From the IMG/VR virus record IMGVR_UViG_3300020045_001434, positions 1-64,000 of that record: 64,000 nucleotides of DNA; one strand, written 5' to 3'. Of the stretch, positions 40,901 through 49,800 are shown in pieces. Under the pieces are notes generated by a model. It did not search any database and was not told where the DNA came from. It saw nothing but the letters and a program-made list of their open reading frames with translations. A program made the position numbers and the translations under genes. Every line of letters begins with the position of its first letter. The first letter of the stretch is position 1. The stretch comes from a virus.

Positions 40901-43835
40901 GACTATTTACAATAGCTAAATATTTATATGCCCCATTAGACATATGTTCTATATCTAATAATTTAGTTTTATCTTTATATTCTGTATGATTATAAAGTAT
41001 ATTACTTTGAGCATTATTATTAAAAGCTTCTATAACAGATTTAGTAGTATCTTTTATAGTATTATTTATCTGAGTATCATCATTTAAAATATTTTTTAAA
41101 TCTTTAATAGACTTGATAGAACCATCTCTATAAATACCATTCTTTACAAGTAATGGAAAATAGAATTTACTATCATCAGTTATTTCAGATTCTGATTTAG
41201 CTACAATATTACCTAATTTATCTACCCAACCTATTTCATTTAATAGATTTTTATAAGATACAAACATACCATTTTCATCAGTAAGAAAATGTTTAAGTCC
41301 AAACTTAGCATTTTGAATTAAGTAAGAAGCAGTTGAATCAGATGATGGAGTTGCCCATATACCTTTAAGAGAATTAGCTACAGCAATTAAGTCAGAAGTT
41401 AAGTCTGTAATCTTATCATAAGCTAAGCCAACACCATTATTTTTATTTTGTAAACCGCTATAACTTTCAGTACGAAGATTCTTTAAAAATTCTCCATTAA
41501 CTCCAGTTACTTGTTGTTTACCTGATTCATCAACTTTAAAATCAAATAAACCTATACCTGAATGATTCCATAAAAAGTCATTATGTTCAAGAATAGGACT
41601 ATTAGTAAAATCTTTAAAATATAATTCAGCAGCAGCTTGGTCTATAGTTCCATTTGTAGGAGTAATTACTTTAGCAAAATCAGTCCAATAAGATGGTTTA
41701 TGTGCCGACCATTCCATTTCTCTATTTGCATTACTATAAGATAGATTTATAGCATTAAAATATTTGAGAGCATTGTAATTAGCTAATTCTCTAAAACTTC
41801 CTTGCTCTTTAAAATACTTTTGAAATTTATATTTTAGTTTAGCATCTTCTTTAAGATTCTTATATGCTGGAACAAATTTAGAACCATATTTCATAGTTAC
41901 TAAATCTTGAGTTATATAATTAAGTTTATCCATTATAAATGAAAACTCACTTCTATATAATTCTGATAGTTGAGAATCTTCTAATTGAGATGTAAAAGAA
42001 TCTTTATCAGTAGCTAATGTTTTACCAGTTTTAAGTTGAATAGCTTGAAGTATATCTTTCATAGATATAACTGATTCAAGTTTAAGCTTACTTAATCTAT
42101 CTTGAATCCATTCATATTTTTCTAATATAGTTCTATTATTAAAATTAGTAGATTCTATATTTTTGGCAATACTATCAGTTCTATTAAAACCATGTTTAGG
42201 AGTACTAGATAAAATATCTTCTAAATAATTAGAAGTATTTTCAAATGTAATCTGAGTACGTGAAACTAAACTTTCATAAGATATATTTTCAGCTTTGGAA
42301 TTATAATTATTTTGAGTTCCACCTAAAGTAATACTACCATCAGGTTTAGTAAAAATAGTCATAGTTTTACTAATAGTAACTGGTAAGTTAGTACTAGCAT
42401 AAAAACCATTCCATATAGCTTCATTAGTTTTTAATAGTTCTATAAATGAAGTTAATACTCCACCTAATTGATTTTGATTTACACTTTCTAATGTAGATAT
42501 TTTTTGTTCTCTAGTAGTATTATTTGTAACAGTACTAATAAATAAATTCCATACATCATCAATTGTAACAGGTTCTGATACACCAAATCTACTTTCTAAA
42601 TCATTAGTATTTATAATAGATTCTAATGCAGCAGTATTCATATGTTGAGATAAAACAAATTTTATCTCTTGCATAACATTACGTTTTTGGTCAATCTTTA
42701 AAGCAGCTGCTCCACCATATTGAGCTCTAGATATTTCTGTTTTGATTTCATTACCATTATCATCAAAATCATCTATTTCTACTATACTATCTACACTATT
42801 AATATGAATACCATATTTTTGTAGTTGTACTAGCATAGCATCATAAATAAATGGTCTAGTATTATTTTTATTTACTGTAAATAGACGTTCTAAAAGTAAA
42901 TTATATTCAGCTTTTAAATCATTTATTTTATTAGCATACATTTTATTAGTTTCAGCTGAATTATTTCCGCTTAATTCTTTTTGCCATGTAGTTACTAAAT
43001 TATCTCTAAATTCAGATATTTTAGTTTTAATAAATAAATCTATAGTTCTTTGTTGTAATTCAGTAGATAAACCTTTTTGTTTCTTATCGAATATTAATTG
43101 AAATTTATCATAATCTTTTAATATAATTGAAGCAACTAATTTACTAGCAAATTGAATTGTAGCACTATCATATTCACTTCCTAGTATAGAAGCTTTTCTA
43201 GTACTTACATCTAACATTTGATTATCAAATAAGATATTATCTTTAGAACTAAACATCGAACCTTGTGATGTTAAAATAGAGTTACTATTTAAAGCAACTC
43301 TAGAAGTAATTTGAGAAGTATAATATACATTCTCTAATTTTAGAAATATAGTTTTGTTTGAAAGAATATTACTAATAAGATTATCAGAAGTAATATTTAG
43401 ACTAGTAGCCAATTCATCTAATTGTAATTTAGAATCAAATTGTACTAAATTAGTATTAGTAAGTTCATCTATATTAGAAGTTGTAAATACTTCTTTAGAT
43501 GAAATACTAATTTTGGAAGGTTCATAAAGTTCATCTAAAACAGGAGTAATAGATGATTCTAAAACATTAATATCATCATTATAAAGTTTATTAAATTTGG
43601 CAATATCAAGAGTATTCATAGTTCCAAACTTTACACGTTGTAAAAGTTTCCAATCTCCAAATACTGATTTAAAAGATTCAGAGTTATACGAATTGTATAA
43701 CTCTTTAGTCTTTGTCCTTAACTCTACACCTTTCAATCCGCTAGATTTTAATTGATTGTTTAGTGTTGTAAATAACGTACTATCCACATATCCAGTGCTA
43801 TTGAATACTTGTGGAATTGTGCTACATTTAGCCAT
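28965..43835 (-). CDS. giant virion-associated DNA-dependent RNA polymerase polyprotein (4956 aa)
   Basis: ATRIPHEG followed by catalytic GWDYDID (37875-37895); ANVLDAVKE. Size and position match crAss-like virion RNAPs (phi14:2 gp66 type), with large flanking domains and a hydrophobic C-terminal segment. Confidence 0.88.
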   Translation of the reverse strand: MAKCSTIPQVFNSTGYVDSTLFTTLNNQLKSSGLKGVELRTKTKELYNSYNSESFKSVFGDWKLLQRVKFGTMNTLDIAKFNKLYNDDINVLESSITPVLDELYEPSKISISSKEVFTTSNIDELTNTNLVQFDSKLQLDELATSLNITSDNLISNILSNKTIFLKLENVYYTSQITSRVALNSNSILTSQGSMFSSKDNILFDNQMLDVSTRKASILGSEYDSATIQFASKLVASIILKDYDKFQLIFDKKQKGLSTELQQRTIDLFIKTKISEFRDNLVTTWQKELSGNNSAETNKMYANKINDLKAEYNLLLERLFTVNKNNTRPFIYDAMLVQLQKYGIHINSVDSIVEIDDFDDNGNEIKTEISRAQYGGAAALKIDQKRNVMQEIKFVLSQHMNTAALESIINTNDLESRFGVSEPVTIDDVWNLFISTVTNNTTREQKISTLESVNQNQLGGVLTSFIELLKTNEAIWNGFYASTNLPVTISKTMTIFTKPDGSITLGGTQNNYNSKAENISYESLVSRTQITFENTSNYLEDILSSTPKHGFNRTDSIAKNIESTNFNNRTILEKYEWIQDRLSKLKLESVISMKDILQAIQLKTGKTLATDKDSFTSQLEDSQLSELYRSEFSFIMDKLNYITQDLVTMKYGSKFVPAYKNLKEDAKLKYKFQKYFKEQGSFRELANYNALKYFNAINLSYSNANREMEWSAHKPSYWTDFAKVITPTNGTIDQAAAELYFKDFTNSPILEHNDFLWNHSGIGLFDFKVDESGKQQVTGVNGEFLKNLRTESYSGLQNKNNGVGLAYDKITDLTSDLIAVANSLKGIWATPSSDSTASYLIQNAKFGLKHFLTDENGMFVSYKNLLNEIGWVDKLGNIVAKSESEITDDSKFYFPLLVKNGIYRDGSIKSIKDLKNILNDDTQINNTIKDTTKSVIEAFNNNAQSNILYNHTEYKDKTKLLDIEHMSNGAYKYLAIVNSPAVNELISNNLESDNPDTYEKALSDIYRYLLNLPKQDVISKNKEFISKFYDNTMLYLPSMSGVTPFLPFELVFNNGVRDSIIHAADLITLKSNVQSYLDNPAKLIANNHELKKAYEQNYKSSKPIAALKRTIMGEVVSMQIASKGMLQYQYAFTESGTRYVKSISLQDGIQEKGDAGTLHNVRDFNGKFTKSKYDNNNNGKEIKGKAIILDKGLPTGQVFKFLRMSFNSNGKKITLEDYAKKYLGSESTQLDLIALVNRLTKETHPIIVNSKTDSDGNYSNIIPVNEYNKLSTEQKASYMTAKLLNEDIQLAKTVFDNIVYEFIDGYIENNQKYMIDNTQGIAKDLMMMITDTIPPYVPGTSELEINKGKTGANIISTHKTILTLEEQDTNDSTKQDDYSRTKDKEVIAQYNKAMMESFINDYITSINVGEDLLYGRQYEYKHFDDINKRVSEIIRSGITNMDTETYSSVTVEDVWTASNMLDELSNAKGLSKEFLMAQYGDAIEVGNGLSFITVEEFIKRAKSTNHYKGMKKYIDALTDPKTALNPSDFYTIVEQLKYFMYSRQTETNGLFTGNVSSYQEKNSTMVLFPKLFIGTKLEVLTQFMNDNKIDQINFKSSSKLSVPTFRLHDIFTKVDTETGNRISNGYELRTKEVDGIQTIDTTINGKPVNMQDYVIRFKRNNLRIQQEQVSHTMEKRGKISTQANKKTDVNLNNDSIFEVNGVPYKGRTNNYEEGKRGLFENRHAALHHILAEGRDRLIYSFGAMKNGKILHDGKGDILIDTDKVRQIIRRYYANNEDISLMEAFSAMENSNDKLMSLNHPTIKGVIENILQASITNSNVNLELPQIHGTILPDVFMQPIDYKYGEKDIEGFDSINEYRTKGMMSMTDEFIAEQQDKLNWELRAERPDPNNPSKNLPAEIVLNIWDSRFDKYATYEYVTDNKGVVNKIRKIDINKIPKESRTVYATRIPHEGMQSSFVAEVVGFMNNSSSQIMVPKHLSKRTGWDYDIDTIYIYTRHLYERADGQLYPISYEYDINPKNKDIHNTETNKRINYVKTYFLNEYNNLELARKALIFKARDEYKSKLEDLHDDALNTTRDILDEIRDNPNDSKYKEVISKIRDITQDHTSSIVDVVDKYDNALDDTYNKEYDEFLLELQDAIERTLDPSNKTTIKDFLESKDLTSAQTKNLLFLLAKEKSVGNKVLTEDLNNQIESINNDYDNKVSDFLMSKEVSDGYNQLPVLQQMTKETRENMIIDSLMARVISEDSNIFREKVNEFNNISKVSQGINNEMGISNSTLNFTNILDRNRITSLNKTVAELKGIVIASQNTYSLLGVVNANVSNEFAIPIVITESEMPTGDIHEHRKVLNELIGDENKSWLYQPATETSEARYVIFNSHLANNKSNSWKNIQGQYITEQSSEIAANVLDAVKEKMGHNINGTTSGVLDLLANLPVSHNTNLYSKDNSRTPNSFAYSNLIIHQPIVSKFISLINESKRSDSYADKNKAYRNIVNNTRVSILNNLNNISLLTGKLTTNPQAISILDLFIHKTSVTVSTSSNNPEDIKARAISAKVDKWKKAMINGEQIFMYDTTGISTDIVFSELIKFAKDTDNLKANLYSFINDISDADTQLQIETLFEENQSQIQSLFDNLKVSEFTNTSVFTTDKGKIKITDENAYKSIDELHDIYTNSIKNGTYNMDVSQHEDTKSIIDYVNFLDEQISIFKLYQQYDKTSNLITKSSLVLRTDKLGTSPDSYTTIKLISDMANLYIDYSEFESQLTEAGFSIKEKQNIKYLYDSTNSLSGKEEILKEVIEEYNSIFKIGEHEDSELRKGKFAIDSNSDIKNFAQVKLSIPKSGLKVGDKTLMESVFPNVVKGTLADDYDFTKSSLPYFESQFVNNYHFSTKLFSKILLSSNPNMNALVTGIVAELGLSGNMYSKSSKNIYKRILDTVIAEHIYDSVPFFNGNSNSPLMRSIERLRVVGKVVPVENAVRDGQTTTPTSSIFSDIKVDTQNLSLQEYRNLSVANQVYLLKNHINNFTSKYNINDKNNITDLLELFDPKLEKNNLLKNGYHKLDMSNTSKDIAKLQQTFRNMFFNENPFLRQTARDLVRYSFYFNGLAWGINVSKIIDPSLFTTKSKEYDIISAQVESEKNNPYAYNTFAEEDNLEHNRLYKTNEALLDLESKYEQMNDDELDKDSIELWTKYLKSQLHGDKSISPVVNKFGNALALGFNSGIYAAKAYPIIVQELEANDTSYISRYKYVSTTIPEISNTKVMVLERYDIPGSTNVYYFPVTKSLPYEFATQDEQTQDSTVIAKYKGDNESEQYYKDLIHIYDNSQTKSEPRKSSLLYNVVESKTTNFLGETVNKDIYTYNNLITKSNKSHSETAKDIIDSVDKVIYIGENSIYKSNFKSDKTIYTTLDKLNHEFFKTINLTEDDNIAIVGDSISDSKYTQEQYDTAIIPFVRNMSMLYRFNSIKTIFKMGVGESIYKANITSNKSNEYIEIGVKDNIRRSSILDQSHLTKNIINASTMDINNFREKQLEIASIAKTLFDELKRENNTRPDQFSLAITDMQNTLERMTETDNQLNAIDDAMASNIQLLHKIIEYIQTDFIQFNKPDGTVERVNVLQLQIGKYMNSNNAGYKSQIAAKLYDYKKMFYAADKILAISNINVPNITSEEYALLDDENKIEVDKLFKWVKAFNRTIENIRLDIPKDGSGAPLYGNFLNVDDIKTGKAIDYLNTAISAKVQEYMAHIVFPYSRNGKYNNLTRYGKIKEYNESLNTIPDAKLSTDLSPEELSDLYIHVMQYNDDITTTQSLLDSMGQTGVGLLDNSMFMMSEIRLEVQGKRNDRIVQLQDMLKKYEDTLKQGTKLEYNKSRESYIRSKFVNHRTGNLLSEYDWKKIDDDIKMFNAAKSKYIDVAQLYKAGRSYASEITLKYDYVFKGSNIGDTFSPFSVTKKSTIDTTSYPATYIENSIGRMKQLSKEQLKGFLEDSKFVDASLDNNFNYYKLVTIESEGSSHDVILKLDKSDDYTNKDLNSKSNNVLIQVDNEFVGIKDLYAKTASHYAKDIDSLDENKLGYYENIDRQHPDGSDNEMYKQIMQVYISQSLWANKELKTKFEKRHHIVINDGDLISKFDTKSYYKTINYMYTTPEFTGITIQKVIPISKYESAEYSVLSEQEKLFLRDTKRLIQNIVAEVFPDKIFDEDFTPYVFMSTSHSIGDIFKKFIGWTNIQEEHIETDVFNNKRWFYQSRYVTAPDVKHIINIRYKTHEESQKEYQVDVVNKANEKLQEFKNKGVEVGVERFDRLEDVLAYNAVVKEKFAAKMQNKMNYDIPSVLNALIEELYNIKSYSDFKQIYNLVRNEVGSENFKARVRDSAGKDYLDKTRTMLSNTLKNKDIVYATKSGKDTQTYKSYNKFDEVISLKSNTSNLFDQILGSGMRLTSMNTMWFNFHSGVKNVSKGMADLFIEYQGGEYANRKEFGKGFNTYMSNISTIIANVHNNDPNAMPNQFVAIIKRMSDIYHDHTEGAIDRETRGSASKFIDVADMLAYMPTITGEHMLQYTTLFTLMHSHRFVDGAIMSREEFIGDVKYQIYKEILPTKLLESLDEFIKTEKSKSKDKFSYTDHAKVWAEMNHRSIPKEVIAKFNEIYDTRRKEASNKFDTKYTKVLDMYKFEETGEGIGKLVVDPLITSQVEAYFIDRVKYLNQSIHGIYNTLDKGALQATMLGQVAFQFRKWMRPTWIRYMGVKYSINPLARGTNQPHDEALNHYRSGAFTDTMKFFKQPFLAEYYKAKDAHIKNPALKAFVDIFKAYGDFFHNYKFLYNNLSPVERANLKRTAYMFVNLTIITGLLFLVGKGYDPDDEDDSVLKPYSSLVNLVSGLQTEYVDMLPYYGWAKFYKRTKQSTVPMERQIGSISNLIYDTFAYPWRDESERVYSRGMYAGQSKIGIDIEKSIPGYRQWHKQVYLNSSISYYGMYNPIVNAAQ

Positions 43836-43861
43836 AAGTTTTTGTTTGTTTGTTTATTTAA

Positions 43862-46800
43862 TTAGCAAAGTATTTCGTTGTTATCATCTCTATGATTTGC
43901 TTTCTCTGTAAAGATAAACTTATTATCTGACATAACCAAATCTGAACTTAAAATAGTTGAAGCCCTAGGTTTCCTTTGAGGTCTAACTTTTTCAGTTACT
44001 ATTGGTTCAGTAATATCAGTAGTTTCAGTTGTTACTGTAGGAGTTACTTTAATAGTTTCATTTAATTGACTATAATAATCAGATAATATATCTTTAGCTA
44101 TCTTAGTATAGTTTTCATTTGATACTTTAAAGTTATAACTAGAACCTAAAGCATTCACAATATTATTATACATTTTAATAATATAATCTATAAATTTATC
44201 TAAGAATGTTTCATTAGTTGTTTCTCTTTCATATTTATAAGAAGGTTTAACAACACTTAATACACTCATAATATATGGATTAGTCATATATGTAAATAAC
44301 TCTTGAGCCATTTGATCACTAACAAATTCAGTATTATCTCCTTTTTTAGATATTCTTTCTAATTCATTTTTTACTTGACCTATAAAACCAGTAATAGTAC
44401 TTTGTACAAATGTAATATCTTCTGTACCAAATATTTTTAATAGTTCATTAGCTGCTGCAACATTTGGTACTAAATCAGATTTGTAAAAATACTTATTAAA
44501 GTCATTTTCAAAAGATTCTATAAATTCAGATACTAGATTATTGTTTTTAGTAATTAAAGCTTTTTTAGCTATATCATCTAATTTAGAAAATTCAGTTATA
44601 GAAGTTAGAATAGCATGATAATGTTCATGTATCATAGTAACAAAAGGATTATACATAAGATTCTTACTTTTGGCAGTTGCTATAAATCTATCTCTGTATG
44701 TCAATCTAAAATTAATAGTAGATGGTGATACTGATACAGGAACTATATCTGCTAATGTGTCAGCAACATTTCGTTCACCATAATTTTCAATAGTAACATC
44801 TTCTTTAATTTCATCTCCTAATATTCTTTGAAGTTCTATAACTCCATTAGCTAAAGGTAATACTTCAGGATTAGTATATTGAATTAAATTAGATACAATA
44901 GCAATAGGATTTTCTATAATACCTTTTTGTATAGATGTAACATTTACTAAATCAATTCCTATTTTTAATCCTGCTCCATTTATTAAATCCAAATTACTAA
45001 GATTTTTAATATTACCATTTGAATCTTTACGAGTAATAACATCTACATTATTATATAAACCATCAGTATCTAAAGCATATTTAATAGCTCCATTAGATGT
45101 TTCATTATTATATTCTACTCCAGTAATAGGGTCAATGAATGTAGATTCATTATTAGCGAATATCATTTTACCTTTTTCATCATATTTATTCTGACGTAAT
45201 AGATTATTTATAGGTTTATATACTTCATGATTTAAAACACTATTTATAAAATCATCACTATAATTAGCAACAGCTTTATCAATATTATCATTCATACTAG
45301 ATATATCAACATTTACATTATTCAAATCTCCTAATGCTGAACTAATAGCTTTATTATAAGATTCTTTATCTAATATACCATTTTTAGTATATTTTGCTGC
45401 TAACTTAATTGGATTTATTGTTAGATTATATGCTTTAAATTCTTTACCTCTAACACCTAATTCTTCTGTAATAACTATTTTATGAAATATAAATTCATCT
45501 ACTCCAAAAGCTGTAGTTTCAGGATTTAAACTTTTAAATTTAATAGTTTGTTCTAATGAAAGTCCATCTTTAGATTTAAAAATATCATGAGAAAAATAAG
45601 GGTATGATGCTGAGTCATTAGAACCTTGTCCTATAATAATAATATTAGCTAATCCTGATTGAGATATAGATTCTTTAAGTGTAGTAGATATAGTATCACG
45701 TCTATCTTGAACTTCAGTTGCTGCGCTACGAATGTCATTGTCCCTCGCTCCTACTTGGTATGTATAAGCTGGACTAACTAATTCATTAACTTGTTTGATA
45801 TTATCTAAAATAGTTTTAGTAACCCATTTAATAGCTTTAGGATTACCAGTACTGGTTTTATTATAATCAGCACCATCTCCTACATTAGTATAACTCTTTT
45901 CTAATGTATTAGTCTTTAATGGAAAATGAGATACTCTACCATCAGTACTAGGGATAAGCATATACATACCTTCTTTACCTGATTGGTATATCTTAGATAA
46001 TTCAAAATCATTATATATTTCTCCAGTTTCAGCATTCTTTAAAATACCATTTTTATATATAATAATTGGGACACTACTTTTACCATTAACTACAGATTGT
46101 GTGATACTATCTTTAATAGATTTAAACTTTGCTTTATTAGGTTTAATTAATATAGATGGCATTGATATTTCAGATATAGCAGCTTTACTAGTTTTTGATT
46201 CAGCAAGTAAAGATTTTGTGTTATTATACTTATCTAATTTATCTTTAGTAATAGTATCAAAATTATTAATATTATTTGTAATAGTATTATAAGAAGGTTT
46301 AAAAGAATCTATATAATTAATATGTTGACCATAAAACATTATATTTAATACAGCTTCAATTGTAGGAATATTATGTTCTAACGTTGCATTATTATCTTTA
46401 TTAGTTATATTAAACAAGTCTATAAGTTCTCTAATAGAATTAAATATTTCAGAATCAGTATTTTGAATATCTTTAATAGCTTGATAATACCTATCTTTAG
46501 AATATTGTTTATCCTTATCACTTCTATTAGTTGAATCTTTAGTTAGTTTATGTTTATATAATTGTTTTAAAGATTCTAATATACTTAAATCAGTATTAGC
46601 AAATTTAGTTTGTAATAAAGTTTTAAATCTAGGATTATCAATCAAATCTTTAAATCCTTTATAATCATCGTTATTATTTACTAAAGTCAAATCTCCATAG
46701 TTATTAGCTATATTAGACATAATAGCTATAGGTATTGGGAGTAAATCATGTATAACTTCTATTTCGTTTTTACTATTTAATTGTAAAGTTATATTATCAT

Positions 46801-49800
46801 TAGATTTAATTTGAGATATAACATCATAAATAGTATTAGATTCTTCAGTTATAACTCCATCAATCATTTCAACATCTAAGGCTGTAGGATTAATTTCAGT
46901 GTATATTAAAGAAGTATTTTCTAATTGTTCAGTAGAATATTCGTTTAATACTTTAGATATATAATTACTACTATCAGATTTATTATATTTACTATCAATA
47001 TTAATAGCATTAAATTGATTTAGTAAATGATAATATCTACTACGATTATCATATCTAGCGCCTTCAATATTAGCATCACTCCATTCAATATATTCTCTAA
47101 TCTCACCTTTACGATAAGGCATTAAATAATTAGGATTTTCAACTTCACGATTTATAGTTTGTTTACCTTTAGGAGTATCAATTGTCTCGGTAGTAGTTAT
47201 TAATTTATCAGTATCAATATAAACATTATTCCCACTATTAGTTCTTTCAATAGCTAATATATTATTTAATTGATAGTTTAAATCATTTTTAATAGCTTCA
47301 AATATATTAGGTAATGTAGCTAATAATTTATTTAAATCTTTAGGTTGTTTATTAGTATTAGCTTCTGAATCATTTTGAATATTATAAGAATCTATCACAA
47401 TAGTAATAACATCTTTGAATGTAAGTTCATATTCATTATTATAAGTTTTATACTTTTTAAAATCTAATAATTTTTGAACTAATAAAACTTTATCATTAAT
47501 ACTAGATAAAAGACTATCATATTTCTCTACAGATAACGAAGCATTATTAATAAGTCCTAATATTTCACCAGATAAAACCCTAAGTTTAGGACTACTATTT
47601 TCAAGTATTGAAGCTGCTTTAGAAGTTAAACCTTTATGAGTATTTAATAATTGAAGTTCATTATTATTAAATATATCTTGCAAATAAGGTTTAATATTAG
47701 CAAATTCTTCATTAGCATTATAAGAAGTATTACCTTTTTGAATATAAATTTTAGATAAATCTTCAACAGCTGCTTTAGTAAACATAACATCCCATAGTTG
47801 TTCAAATGTCCATCTATATTGAGAATCTAGAACTACTCCTTCAAGACTCTTTTGTTGAATGTAATTAGACACTAAAAACTCATATAATTTACTAATAACT
47901 AAACCATTAGTTCCATCAATATTATTAGTAAAACTAAATACACCACCAATCATAGACCTAAGATTTTTAAGTCCTTGATTTTGGTCAGCATCAGATTTAG
48001 ATATTACATTATTGATTAAATCTAATACATCTGTATATCGTTTAGATAAATCATTTAATCCAGTAGTAGTTTTTAAATCTATACTTTCAGGGTCTTTAAT
48101 ACCTAACTTAGTTTTTAATGGTGTAATACCATCCGCAGCTATACCATCGAAAGCACTATCTGATGGTTTGAAAGTTATTATAGAATTATCATTTTGAGTA
48201 TCATAAAATATTTCTCCACGATTATTAGCTATTTGAACATTACTAAGAGCTTTAGTATTAATCATTTTATTAGCTAAACTAGCAGGTTCTATTTTAGATA
48301 TTTCTACTATAGATTTAGTACTAGCATTATTATAAGTTACATCAATTGGAATAATACCAACTTCAACAATATTAATATCTATATTAGGAATAAGTTTCTT
48401 TAATAAATAAGCATAAGTGTTTACTTGTGTAACAAATTTAGATAGATTAGATACTCGACTAAAGAATTTATTAGTTTTAAGTTGTTTAGATGTTTTTATA
48501 TCGTATATATAGACATTATTGTTACTGTCTAATAATAGTAAGTCAATAGTCCCTGCAACCCCTGACAGCTTGTCAAATAGCTTTATATTTGATGCTAGTA
48601 CTTTTAAACCTTTAGCATTAAATTGTTGCTCTAAGCTCTCTAAATAGCTTATAAAATTATCGAATACTTCATTATTTGTAAAACCATAACTACTATTACT
48701 TTTAAGATTAGTTTTATCAGTAAAGAAATCTCTAATTAAAATATCAACTTGATTACCTACATCACTTCCTCTATCATGTTTATTAGATTCAGAAAATGCT
48801 TGTCGTTCTTCAACAGACATTTCATCCATTTTTAAACTACTAGCACTAGATGTATTTTGAACAGTTTCTCCTTTATAATTATATTTATGAGTAGCTTCAT
48901 TAAATTCAATACTATTAGATAATTTTTCTATAGCTCTTGAAAGTTCTGTATCTACAAATTTTCCTGGAAGTGTTTTACTTACATTATTAATATTTACATC
49001 AGTGTCTTTTCCATTAATCTCAAGTATAACAAATTTGTTACCTTTAAAACCTTTAATTGGATAAGTAATTTGTGTCATACCTTTACCAGACTTAGCATAA
49101 ACATTATCTCCAACATTAAAAGATTCATTATTATTAGATAATGTTGTAACTATATTTGTAGCATCCCCAGTAGAGGCGAGGGTAGAGGAGATTCGTTGCT
49201 CAACTTCAACTTCACTTGTTACAATAGTTTCAGATTCAACTGGTATATTTTCTTCAGTAGTAATTTCAGGTTTAATAATAGTTTCTTGAACATTACTAAC
49301 ATTAGAATCTTTTTCACTATCATTCTTAATAGTTGCTACAAATTCTCCTTTACGTTTTTCAGCAAGATTTCTAATAGTTTCTGATACAGTAATTTGTTCT
49401 TTAGAACCTAGTTTATTTATCTTACTATCAAGATTTTTATTGTTAGATACATAACTACTTAATAAAGTATCAACGTCTTCTTTAGTTTTAGTCTTAGCTA
49501 GTTCAGATTGAAAATCAGATATAAATCTATCATTCTGAGATTCTATAGCAGCTTTATAAGCTTTTTGTTCATTAGCTAAACCATCTTTAGAGTTATAATA
49601 TTTTATATCAGATTCTAAAGAATTATTTTCATTACGTAAAACTTCAACTAAACTAGACTTATCTGTAAATATATTTCTAGCTTGTTTTTCAGTATTTAGT
49701 ATATGGTCAACATCATCTTTATAAGATTCTTTATTAGGTAATGAATTTATAGTTTGTTCATGTAAAGCATTAGTATCAAGAACTTGTTTTTGTTTATTAG

